Source of the DNA: Phoronis australis
Lineage: Eukaryota; Animalia; Phoronida
Length of the DNA stretch: 64,000 bases
Direction: 5' to 3'
Assembly: GCA_002633005.1 (NCBI GenBank)
Contig: NMRA01000010.1
Span: 271,846-335,845, forward strand
Of this stretch, positions 1 to 13,200 are shown one piece after another (position 1 is the stretch's first letter; every line of letters begins with the position of its first letter). Below the pieces are notes generated by a model, which did no database searches, was not told the origin of the DNA, and worked only from the letters and a program-made list of their open reading frames with translations. Made by a program: the position numbers and the translations under genes.

Positions 1-1159
1 TTCAATCAAAGAGTGTTTCACTACCATACGTTTCTGTAACCAAAAACAAAACGTAATCAAAACCTTACATTTGGAACATCAAGAATAACTGCCCTAGAAC
101 ATATCTTTATCATTTCTGTAATATAAATAGTTACGATATATTCAAAACAGTTGTATTACACAAGCTGACTAGGACTATATAAAAAATTTGGCTTTGTTTT
201 GATTTTTAGCAATTTTAATGCGGACTTGCCAGTTTGAAAACAGAAGGGCAGGGATTTTATCTTAAAGTCAACTTATTAAAAAGAAATTATTCTAAATGAA
301 AAATTGTGGGAGTTGGTAGTTCTTCTTGATAGGCATTGATGACTGACTGACACAAACATTTTGGACATCTGTGGAGCAGGCCTAAATAAGCAAACCCTTG
401 CAACAGGTATACCAAAACACAAACGGAGAGTAATTAATGCGACTGAAGTGGAACAATCTAGTAGCGGTGTTGTTTGGTTAGAAATTGCACATTTTTTTTA
501 CATTAAACATGCCATTTTTCTGTAGTAAATGTAAATACCTGTTATAGTAAATATGGGTCATATTTTAGCCAATAACATCTGAAGGTTCAACAATTAATTT
601 TTTCTAAGCAAATAAAAAGCATCTGCCACGTCTCATGTGCAGTAATAATAACTTGTTTGTATCCTTTCTGCTTCAAGTGAACTATAACACTGTAAGTGGT
701 GGAAACACAATGCACGGGCAGTGAAGCAATCGTCTTCCTAAAGCCTCTTAAAGAATGTGATGTGGTAAGGAAATTGGTCTGTCTACACCAACCTCTGACC
801 TATTTACATTTGGCATGACATTTTGGCTGGTCACTTCTCGAGCCATCTTCAGGTGATAGTGTTTTTAAACATGTAAATAGACCAATATTTTCAAAAATAA
901 TTGAAGTATTATCAACTTGTTCCATCTCAAAGACGAGTGTGGCTCAGGATATATATTGCTTTACCTGCCAATCAACCATTAACAGCAGGCGGGGTAACAA
1001 CCAGAATATGGAATGCCTTGGCGAAAAGGCTTAAACACTTTGTGAAACTTAACAGTGATCGTTCACTTGCCATTTTAATCAAATCATGGAATGAACAAAA
1101 CTAAAAAATGTCAAATTTGTGAAAACTGGTCGACCTTTAGACATCAAAGACACTCTTAC

Positions 1160-1254
1160 CTTGGACACTTTTTGGCCCGCTCAAGTCAAAATTTGAAGAC
1201 TGGAAGGTAGCTGTAGACTGAGTTGAGGAACCTATACTTGCCAAATTGTACAAG
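1160..1254 (-). CDS. SOD-repeat-like gene exon 3 (SLYNLASIGSSTQSTATFQSSNFDLSGPKSVQG)
   Basis: atttcag| acceptor, AAG|GTAAG donor, phase 2/1. Confidence 0.75.
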
Positions 1255-4200
1255 CTGAAATTTAAGAAGTATTGAACAGATTGGAGTAGAAATTACGACC
1301 AAAATTTAAAGATTTTTAAAAAATATTTTCATTCGCACACTCATCCTCAATACATATCACTGTTGACATGAAGCTGGCATGAATTTACTTTTACATCCAC
1401 ACATGACTTTCAAGGAAATGATTAGAAATGAAGTCACTGGCAACAGCAGCGTACAGGTTACAAGTTATATTGAGTGTCATTCCTGCAGTTAAAAATGGCC
1501 AAAATTGTTAAGCATCTAGGAGAGTAATTTTCCAAAGTTGCCACGCAACAATAGACAAGGACAAAATGGAGCAGCATAAAACCAATGTATAGGCCTTGTG
1601 CTGAGGAGTTGGATGTCATGTTCAGGTTTGAAATGCCATTGTTTCAGGCTATAGGGTTCTTGGGGACACCGAATCCTGGGTGTAATTACTGACAACATTC
1701 ATCATCAAGGATCAGATTTCTTCAATATCTCTTGAAATATTGATTAAGCCATGGATAAGCACATGCTGTAAACACACACATCATATATGGTAATTTTGTC
1801 CCACCCTGGACGATCTGACCACTGACTAAACTTATTATGTGTATAGAAATATAGCCCAGTCCGGAAAATTCAAAATTTTCCACAGACTGAGATCTCCATA
1901 ATTTCCACAAACATTAATTCTTCTCAAGAAAACACACACCATCTCTTCTCTTTTCAAGGACTACAGCACACATCACGAATTTTTGTCCGACCGGTCGGAA
2001 ATTGGTCGACGACCGGCCGTCTAGCCGACCAGCAGCCGACCAACAATGGTCTGCTAAGAGCCGTTTGCTGAGTCGCCTCTGCGGTCGGCACTTGGGTCGG
2101 CAAAGTGGTGCCCTAGAATAGACGACCAATTCGGATTATGCGTGTCCTCCGTCAGCAATTACCATTTTATGACTTAGCGGGTGAGCATTGGCCAAACAAA
2201 CATTTAACTGTTTGCTGTTCGTTCACCAGTGGCCTCTCCGGTCTTGACATCGGTTTATCAACTTTTGTTCACCTATTGAAAGGTGGTAAAATCGAATCAA
2301 CCTACAAATACGAAATGCGTGAAATTGCACCAACGTAAAATTTATGTTGAATTGCTGACGGCGTGGTAAAATTAAAAGTTAAATGATGTCGTGGAAACAT
2401 AATTTCGCACTCTAGATGTGAAACTTTTCATACAGTATGCATAAAAAGTATCAACAACCAGGGAATTTGAAATGTGTCAGTAAATTTGCATAGACTTCCA
2501 GGGCCGTGGGAAGTGGGGGGAGGGGGGAAGCGAGAGGGGCACAGGCCCCTGTAAAAATTTTCAGGCATCTGGGTTAAACCGTGGCAACCCACATAGGCGT
2601 GGTGCCAGGGACAGTCGAGAAAATAACGACTGCGAAAAACAGATAAAAGAGAAAATTCAAGAAAATATTTAACAAATCTGCACCAGTGCATGGTTTACCT
2701 TTTGAGAACCCTGGCCAGGACACTGTCGTTAGGGTCTAAGCTTTTGTAGCACAGATCGTCTAAACGCAAGACAGAATTTGTAAAGCGAAGCTTTTGCAGA
2801 GCGTACTAATTTAATGGATGTTTAGATTCAACCTGTCAATTTTGCGAATGCATAACTATATTTTTCTAGAGGCCCCTCTCTAGTAAGGGATAACGGAGGC
2901 ATCTTTCGCCTTATTTTTTTTCTCGAAACTGTATATCACTTGAGAAAAATAGATGACCTGACAGATAACATCAATTGCTGCGCATTTCCTGATATTTAAA
3001 AATATAGATATTTTCATATTTAGGGGCCTCGTCTTTGAAGGAGGCCATTGACAACATGCAAGTGGCCATCTTTTTGTGTTTTTATTAAGAAATTCTAATG
3101 GGGCCACCCACGGTGAAAGGGCCCAGTGTTGGAATCGATTACCTCTATTTTCCTGTTTTTTTTGTGAAATAGTGCTTTCATGTTGGAGGAGGTCACTCCC
3201 TGCATTGTTTTGGGACCACACGAGGGTTTTTCCAAGCTTAACGATGTTTAGCCTTTCATCTTAAGTTGACCCATTTCAGATGGTACCCTCTCTCGGTGGA
3301 GCTGTTCGGGGAAATGTCCCTTTGTCCCTCTATATACATGTATATCTGTGCGTGCAGGACAAGTGTACACAGGCGCTATATTTGCGCGTGCACGACAGGT
3401 GTACACAGGCACTATGTCTGCGCGTGCACGACAGGTGTACACAATCAATTACGGTTGATAAAATTTATTACAAATGATTCTTTAAAATAGATTAATTTCA
3501 ATAATATTTCTAGGAATGGTATGGCATATCATAAGATTTTGATAAGAATTAATATTAACGAAAGGTGTAATATAAGATCTAAGTTTTTTCATCAGCCCTA
3601 GTAGGCTAATTTATACGAATTTTTTTCACGGACCAAAAACGATTCGTAAACGATGATCAGACTGATATAATATGTGAACAATGATCAGTTTCATCAGAAT
3701 TCATATCAACCAAAATGGAGGTGCAAGATTTTTACACAAGCATTACTTAAATGTATTCTAAGCTCAGAAAATATGATTAAGACAGTGAAGAAGACGAACT
3801 TTTACGTACAAGTTCATTAAGATTGACGGTAAATATAAGAGGCAAAACTAGTAAGGAACAATGTATAATGCATACAGAAGTACGCAACAGTCAGGGCACA
3901 GACTTCTGTGAACATCCTGAAGGGCTTAGGCCTACGTGTAGCTAGGATGGAGGGAGATTTTTCTCGTGCGGAACCCTCTCCGGAGAAGAGGAGGGAGAGG
4001 TGACACAAGAAAGCCAGGCAATTAAAACGCATTTTAATTAATAATCCACTGGTGCCACCTGCCGCCCCGAAGTGTTGTACCAGAGGGTTCCAGTTTAATT
4101 CTGTCGTGCAGCCATGATTCTATTGCTACTTATCAATTTCTGTAATTAAATCGCGTTTCGTCTGTTATAATTGATAAACGTAAATAGAAACTTTAGACCG

Positions 4201-7200
4201 TTCTAGAAACCATGTGTAGTTAGTTGTTGCAACAAGAGGGAGGTTACATATCTCAAAATTGACAAATATCCGTGGCGTTGGCGCTGTTCGATTTTGGAAT
4301 TAAATGCTGAATGACGTCAATATGAACATGCGTCTTAAAATGCTACGCAATGTTGCCTCAAGTCAAACTTTAATAATTCTTCTAAAACAAATGATTGCCT
4401 AAAGGTATTTCAATAAACACAATATACATTCATTGACTGGCCGTAGTTTGGCGGGAAATGACGTGGAATGACGATGATAACTGGCACGGAACCGGTAACT
4501 CTCACCTTCATTTGATGCACGACGTGGCACTGACTGAATGCATCAACCAAACATGTTAATTTTTGAAAATGCCCTCAAAAATGGACTTTTTCGAAACACC
4601 GTGTTTGCCATAGTCGTGTAGAAAAGCAAAATGAACCGCTCTACACGCTGCTCAAAGCTTTTCTGTGGACATAGACAAACGAAAACGTCTCTGTCTTACA
4701 ACGCTGCATGTGCTTGGCATTTCTGACAAAGAGCTCTCATGCTGGAAGTTTTTTTAAGAGTAAGCACCGTCCCAAAAAAAATGTAGGTCTCGTTACAGCT
4801 GACCACAGAAGAATGATTCTGCGATTTTAGGTCTGAAACTGAACCAAATCTGGCGTAGCGACTCATTGGAAGGTGCAGAACTCGGGAAGAAAGGGGGGGG
4901 GGTCAATACAAGCATGATATTTTTATTTTGGACCCTTAGTTGCCAGATGTCATTCAGCGTCAGTTACTACCTAAGGAGGCCAGATCATACGCTATAAACA
5001 TCACCAGACGTTTTGCTTCTAAAAAAGTGTACCTTGGTGTATTGTCTTTCATTTCTTTCGACATCGCATTGGTTTTACCAAAGATTCACGCACAGATGCT
5101 GCGTATAGAAACAAATACCTCCTCACCACGTATTCGCATCTTCCCGTTCAAAATAGTTTTATTTTATACAGTTTGTCAATATGTTGTTGACAGAAAATAT
5201 TTGTTTTTGGAACAACGTCAGCGACCAACTGATACATGTGCTGTAACTACTAGAGCAAATTTTACCGTCAACGATGCATGAATGCGCAAAGCTAACATTG
5301 GTAGCAGCCTCAACAATGGTCATTCCCTGTTTGATGTCACTTTCTAAGTTCGTGGAAATCGTAACCATATGATTTCGAAGTTAGAGCCTTCCAAATCCAT
5401 GGGCTTAGAACATAAAGTTCCGTGTATTTCACATCTTTACTGCAAGGGTTAATACCGTGAAAATAAAATCTCCGGATCGAGTAAGAGCTCTTCGGTGCAC
5501 TATCTCATCATCATGGGCGCGTGATAGGAGACCCGTGAGGAATTTTAAAAACGCAAAAAGATGCAGTTCGGCATAACACAAACAAAAACAAGTGTGGGCA
5601 AAGACTGTAAAAAGCAGCGTTTACAAAATGACTACGGCGTTGTATTGACTGGGAAGCAGCAAATCTAATGCCATTTGTTAACGTCTGAGCCAAAAGATCA
5701 AATGTAAAGAAAACTTTAACTTTTTTTATCCAAAACTTGTTCCATTGACCTTAATCCAATGTTCAATATTACCGCTTGCCTCCAACCTTTGAATTAGTGG
5801 CGTCAATCAACACAACCGATGTGAACTCATATAATGGAAACACAGTAAAACTAGGTTAATTTATTTGACCCTGTGCCGAGACGAATATGCATCTGAATGC
5901 AAAGCGGCATCAGCCTGACAACCTATTACACAACTGCTACTCTAGCCTGAAAATAGCAGCCGACTAGCGGGTCGGCTGGTGGCCAGTCGGCAATTAAGGG
6001 TCGGCTGTGGAGTCGGCTGGAGGTTCGCCTTATGAGTCGACACTGCGGCTGGCTGCCGGTCGGCCAGTCGTCGATTCCTAGACGACCGGTTGGTGATGTG
6101 TGCTGTATGTATCGCTCCCGTGGTTGTGCTGCTTTTAAATCTAAGGCTCCAGTTTACATTATGTGTAAGCTTAATAAATTCTGTGTGTTTTTAATGAGTT
6201 TCGTTTTGAAGTTTATATTTCAATACCTACATTTATTGGAATAGATACACATGGCATTTTGAATAATACGGGAGTACTTTCAGTACCTCCCCTTATTGGC
6301 TACATGCGTTGGAAGTCATGATTGGCATTATCTATCGCCATCAGCATAAACTTACCTCAGATATCATGATCTAATGATTTCTGTGCATATTGTTTATAAT
6401 AGTCCTAAGAAAATTTCCAAGGAATTGAAAACATTTTGCTACTTTTATTTACATGTGCATGCCAACTGAAAGTCAAATTGCAAAAGAAAAAATAAATTTA
6501 CACAGAGAACTCTACCCCAGGTGTTCTATTTCCGATGTACTAAACCTTAAAGATAATTGGACATTAAGTCATATTTTGATAATGAGGAAACCCTGGAATT
6601 TCGTCCACCTAACATTTTGGTATTGTGGTTAGGCCCCCTTTGCATATCAGAATCCCACCGATGTGACAACAACGGTTTGGCATCATTTGAGAATCTTGTC
6701 AACTTTGCACATGCATCGTTTCCAGTCATGTAAAAAAAATTAGAGCGCAATATGCATGCCCCGCCCATTCCTTACAGTTTGATACAGAGGTTTGTTTAAA
6801 ATGCCTGAGGACAGTTATAACAATGCTCTGGAAAACAGTAGAAGTATCAAGTGAGAAACATGAAAAGGCACCATCTTCTAGTAAATGCCAGATATGTGCA
6901 GTCTTAACTTGAACTCTTAGCAACACTCCCAGACAACAAAAATACTTTGTTGCTGACAGTTAAACACATTAAAATATAATGCCTAAGGCAACTCTCATGA
7001 TTGGTGACCATTTCACAGGACTTCAGCCAAAGACCAATGAGATTTTTTCAGTGAAAAAGGGGAACGACAATAATTGTTATTTCATGCTACAGTATTTTGT
7101 AACTTAAAATTTATCAAAAAACAACTGTTACAGAATTTTTAAAATTAAAAACAGTTTCCTCAATGACCAGAAGTACGGCTAAAAAAGGTGAAAGTTTGTT

Positions 7201-10200
7201 TTGAAATGTGATTTTTCCAAGTTTTGCGCGACTGCAACATATGTGATCAATTTCACACAAAAATTCTCCCTTCCATTATTCACATTATTGGGTGTCTGGA
7301 AAAATTGGCCTGACCTATTTAGATCAAAAACCAGGCCAATGAAATGAATGAGGTCTTGGTTTTTGATGACTGGATTTTTGGTTTAAATACAGTTTGATAA
7401 TTTTTTCTAGACACCCGACTGTACCTAATAGAATATAGAGAAATTTCAAGTTTCGAGCAAAATGTGCGATGTATGTGCCAACTACGACTTACTTCGTGCC
7501 GGAAAAATTGTATCTTATAAGGAAAAAGTCACGTGACCACAAACAGTAAAGCATAATTTCTGTGCACACAGCACGCCTCTGTGCTCAAAAAATTTTGACA
7601 ACTATGGTTTCATGGATTATTGTATTTTAAAAGATATTTTAAGAGACTGTAACCCTTAGAGAATTAGCTGTGCTTACTTACATAACCCAACTGGGGCAGA
7701 AAATAACTGGAGACACTTGAGCCTGCTTTGAAGTAATTAACTATCACAAAATAGATACCGTACCAACAGGGAAGGATTCCCTTGATGTCTCATTGCTGAT
7801 ACAATGCTTATTTTTGTTTATTGTACTTTGGGTCAGAGGCTTTTAATACAAATAAATGTGTTCACACAACAATACATTCGATTTGAGTGGCAGCTCTGTA
7901 ACTTTTGACCTCGGATAAGTAGTAAACAAATTTCCTTGTGGTTGAGGTGGGTCTGGGAATCTTTTTTTCCTACCAAAAACAGGCACGACAGCATGATGCT
8001 GATTTTAAACTTAACTAGAAATAAAGATAAAAGATTTATCCACACAGCGATTCAATACTACAAAAATAATAGAAATTTAAAAGTAAGGTCCAATATATGT
8101 TATTATATAAATTTATATAATTTTGTTCATGTAAATTGCACTTCCACAACTGCATGTTCTTGACCTCAAATAAAACATGATTAGTGTTTTATTTTCTGGT
8201 TTTGATGAGGGTAATTGTCTGTAATAGCTTTTATTCGACTTTGGGTGAATGTCATAATCAAATTTCCCTACTACATTGTCAGAAATGCCTTTGTTTACTA
8301 CCTAAGAAGATGGAACCTACAGTATAAAGAGCTTTCCCATTAGGGGAACTTCGGTTTACCCAAGCTTCGCTGAAACTTTGCTTACCTTCCTAACTACACA
8401 GCAATATCAAAGTTATCGCTATGACAACAGACAAAGCAGTTCAATCGGACTGTCTCACAAACGAATACTGAGTAGTGGGTTTGAGGCTAACTGAAAATTA
8501 TTTGCTTGCCATTTAGGAGTGTTTATGAAAATGAACAGAGTCATTCTTCATGAGATATGCTTTCTTTTATTTATTAGGATAGTCTAGTTCTAGGAAACTG
8601 ATGAACAAAAGAGCCCCACTGTGAAGGTCAAGTAACCTTTACATTGTGGCTTCCTACAGAAGACTCCTGTGAGTAGACCTTCATGACTTTATCAGTAACT
8701 TTGTTAATGCTTTACTGCAGAAACAAAAAGATCCCACATGCAATGAAAAAAGGTTTTTTCATAGTCTGGGTGAAGGTATGTAAAAGTAAAATCAACTTAC
8801 TCAGAGACTGAAGATTTAAAGCCTAACTTCAATGGAATTTTGTTATTTTAGATGTATTAGGCTAACCAGATAGTCCTAGCAAAGCCTTAGTAAAATAAGA
8901 AAACGCCAGTTCAATCAGGCAAATGTAAGCTAGTCAAATGATAAGTGAAGTTGCCTTTTGGTGCAATCCCTGCACAAATAACAAAAGGTTGTATTGAATA
9001 GGGGTCTGAATAGAACACCATTGTGTGCTGGCGTTATTCACAGCTGTTTGAATTGAAAGGTGATTCTCCCTGTGACATAGACAAAAGCAAGCCAATACCC
9101 CTAACAGTTCCTTAAATTTGGCAATTTATGGAACTAGTGGGCTCAGAGCGATGCTCTTAACACACTGTAGGAATCAAGTTTACAGGTGTTACCATTAAAG
9201 ATAGGCTTTAAGACTTTGAACTTTCCGACTGTGAACATCTGGGAATCTCCAGCCATACTGTATGTGGCAAACACGCCAAGATCCTAGCGAAAGAGGAGAA
9301 CTGGTTCTCAAGAAAGATTAAAGAATCCAAATATATCAAGACCAACAAGCCGACCATGAATCATAATCAAGGATCTATGACGTCATACTACTGCCGAAGA
9401 ACAGAATGACCGTAAACCAGGACCCTCCTCTACCATTCGTTGATAAACGACTGTCCGAAACGTTCGAACTCTTAAATCTTCAGTCAGCAGTAAGTTGACT
9501 TTACTTGTATCATCCCACATGCAGTTCAGCTTCTTGACTAGATAAGATAAAATAATTTCCCCAGTATATGTTTGAGTCACACATTTGAGTCATATGATGA
9601 GTACGCTTTTAGTTTCAAAGGGAAAAGGGGAAGTTTCAAGGGTCCAATTTTAAACAGGTGGAGCAAATGACAAAAGAGAACAAATATTGAGAATTCCAGT
9701 GCTTAGAGCTTACCTTGCTTAACCATTGTCCTTGCAACAAAATGCATTTTTTCTTTATCGAAAATAAAGAATACAATGAAAGCGCTCTGATGGAGCACTA
9801 CTTGGCGAAATCGATGGAAGAAGGGAGCATGTCAACAAGATCAGGACCCTCGTTCATCAGAAGGGAAAGGTGCCTGTGCCTTCTGAGAAGGGAATTTTTG
9901 GGGTGAGGGGAAAATTCTACCTCACGATCACCATCAATAGCACCCACCCTGTTGCAAGTCCCAATAGGCACTGCCTGAAGTAGTCAGAGCTAACGTTTTG
10001 CGCTCTTTCAAATTGTCACCTGTGTGAGTTACAAGTGATTCCAATCTCGAGGGGAATTTTTCAATCACCTGAGCAGACTTTTGGACCTCATGAAGGGAAC
10101 TTCGCATTATTTTTCAATATATTTCAGTGGGGAATGGGGCCGATATTCGGCTTTCAAATCGAGGGTTTAAGAGCCCTGACTATACACTGCCGTACAACAA

Positions 10201-13200
10201 CAATTATGATGCAGACCGAAACATCACGGCCAACACTGACAAAAACACTACCACCATCAACAACAATATTGGAGAAGACGACAATTTTCCGACACTGATG
10301 ACAATACTGATGCACCACCAATGATCTCGATGGATGCAGGCCTTAATAGCCCTTGACAAGACTTATCCTAACACCAAATTTCTGAACAATCCTGCAAAAG
10401 ACTACCCAGCTATCAGCGAAAATTGATCAATGCGCTTGACAGCACCATTTTAGGTTCGATTTCTCCCTAAAACAAACGGCCTCGACAGAGCTTTTAATGA
10501 GGTACATGTAGTGTGTAACTTCATGTTGCTCGGACAAACAAATGTGACCTGAAGTGTGTGTGTCATACAGACCGACAAACAAAATCTTCACAATGGAGCA
10601 ACAGACTTGGAGAAATTTCATTTCATCAAGTATTAACACTTCAAAATAATTACCTGGTCCCGAGAACGGAATCTGCACACCTATTCTTTGAGTCCCATAC
10701 AACTGGAAAAGTGCAGATGAAAACCTGTGTCGTGCTAGCTATACCAGACAGTTTGAAGCTAATAGAGGTGTTGAGCTCTCTGGAATCTTCACTGAACTCA
10801 ACATATCCCTTGACACCGTTCATACTGAACTCAGCTTTCATCACCTCCGCACAGTGCACTGCACCCACTGAAAAAAACAGATTGATCACATTATTAGCTA
10901 AGATACTTAGAAATACTAATATAAATGAGGATAAAGTACAAGCATGCATGGGGGCCTGCCTACTGACCATCTTTGTTGACAAGAATCAATTGTTTAATGT
11001 TCATTACGGAAAATATAATCCACAATAATTGAAATTAAGTCCACAAAAATTAGAAACTTCATATCTGACTAACTATCATAAGTATCATTTTCAAATAATT
11101 TTCAATCGATACCGTGTATACATAAAATCCATGACTGTAAAAACTCTTGTTACATATGTGATATTGAATTCATGCACCTGCAACTGAAGTGCATTTTTGC
11201 AAGGAAGTGATGCCACTGGTGTAAAAATGTTATCAATGACCCTGATGCATTATGATTGTTTAACTCCAGATGCATTAAAATTGAGCTGGCAAGAACATCC
11301 CATAATGCCTTGCCAAATGAGTGTAATGTGAATTTCATAAATTTGATTCTATGTGGCTTCTGAAATTGAACTCCTCGTGAAACCTAAAGGTAAAACAAAT
11401 TTGACTAGTGAGACAATCACCTCCGTGTCTCGCAAGGCAAAATCATCATAGCTCATTTTTAAGCAAACATACAAATGTGCATTCAAGTTGCACAGCTGTC
11501 TGCAGTGACCCTTATATAACTTTCCCATTGAACCTTTACTATCCCAGCCAATGAGAGCCAGTGTAACATTGTTTACTTGTCACAAGTTCCTTATCTTCAG
11601 TGGGAACGGTCACTTACACTACCGCACTAAATTTACTCCGGTATAAGATGTAAATACTTCCCCCAGAATATGGGATTAACGACTGGCATAAAATTGAATC
11701 CAGCACCCAAGACTGGATTAACGCTTAATCCACATGAATAAATATGGCTACCACACTGAAATGCCACCCGATTTAATTAGTCTTTTTTACCGTCTTAATC
11801 GGTCTATATACACATCGCCTCTTATACGGTCGACCTCACCTTGCCGAGAGGTGTCGCGTTAATCTGTGAGGAAGGTGAGAAATGACGCAGTGATATCAGT
11901 AGTTCGTCTGCAGAGTGAATGCCGCTATATCGTGGTGCATCGTTCCCGCTTGTCTGAACTATGAAGCCACGAAGAAAGCGGGTATATCGTTTTTTCAACT
12001 TCCTCAAGAGCCCAAAATGCTTAGGAAATGGCTCGTGGTAGTGAAGAATGGAAGGTACGCTGTTAAGCAAGTATGAGGCCGTGAAACACCTCCGTGTCTG
12101 TGGCCGGCATTTCGTCGACAGTGATTTCTCTGACGAATTCCGGCTTACCAAAGAACTATCCATACGTTCCGTTGCCTATGCATGTTCACGACGCCTCTCT
12201 AGTATTTCTTGATCAGTGTATTCCGGTTCGAATTGATAGCTTGTGAAACCTAACGATCCGATCGGTAAAGTCTTCATCAGATGAGCTCTTGACTAAGTCG
12301 GGATTGGCGTCGGGCGAGTTGCCATGTAGACGTTGGTATTATTCTGCATTCTGTTTCAAAATAAATTATTCTCATCCTAGCCAATGCTTATATAAAACTG
12401 AAACAAAGTCTGTCTAATTAGATATAATTTGTAATGCCTTTGCAGTATTTGTGAGTGCAAATGTTGAGAAGCCAGCAATGAATAAACCACTGCGTTATCG
12501 GCTTTTGATGCCGGCAACAAAGGTAATTGACCGGGCACCGAGGCCGTGTTAGAGCATGCTAATTCAGTGTTTACTGACAGAAAGCTGTTGTGAAACAATT
12601 ACGGGTACTGGATTTTATATGCTATGGTCACATGTTAGGGGAATCTTTATTCAAAAATACAAATACATTATTCAAGTTATCGTTACTGTACAACCTTTGC
12701 CCTGACGGTCTGTGGCAGGGGAGCCCGACTTCGCGGCCCCGACATGTAAGTAGATTTTCAGTTTTGTGGCTAATTTCCATTATTTCTTTGGCTCACTATT
12801 ATAGTCTTTTCCTGACTGGAGATTTAATTTAAAACTCAAGCTCGTTTATGTTCTTGCCAGTCCTGGCGGCAGCGGCAGTGACGGGCATGATCGAGCTCCG
12901 AGCCACTGGCCAGGATAACAAGCGTTTTGCGTGTTTACAACTCAAAAAGTCATATGTCTAAACAACACAGTTCGAGGTTCTCCTGTCTGTATTTCACGCA
13001 AGAATACTTCGAATTTATCTCCGAACAGACCCCAAACTCCTGCTAGTTGGTAAATTGGCATGTAGGTTACCGTGTGTCCAAATGTATCAATAAATCACGG
13101 GAACAGCGAAATAAAACAACACGTTTTTATAAGAACTCGGTGTATTTTTAAGGGTTTTACATCGAAGTTTGATGATTTATTGGTGTTAAACGATGAATTT

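Larger units (their letters stand above)
1964..6105. mobile_element. Non-autonomous TIR DNA transposon (~4.1 kb) with nested insertions
   Basis: Perfect 13-bp TIR CAGCACACATCAC / GTGATGTGTGCTG, TA on both sides, subterminal CCGAC/GTCGG-rich arrays at both ends; no transposase ORF. Confidence 0.7.

Noticed and set aside
69-93. Possible exon 4 of the SOD-like gene (AG...GTAAG on the minus strand)
   Set aside because: In the required phase 1 it does not give the expected GRS-type continuation; unsupported
10558-11028. 156-aa plus-strand ORF
   Set aside because: Antisense shadow of the real minus-strand exon 10867-10654
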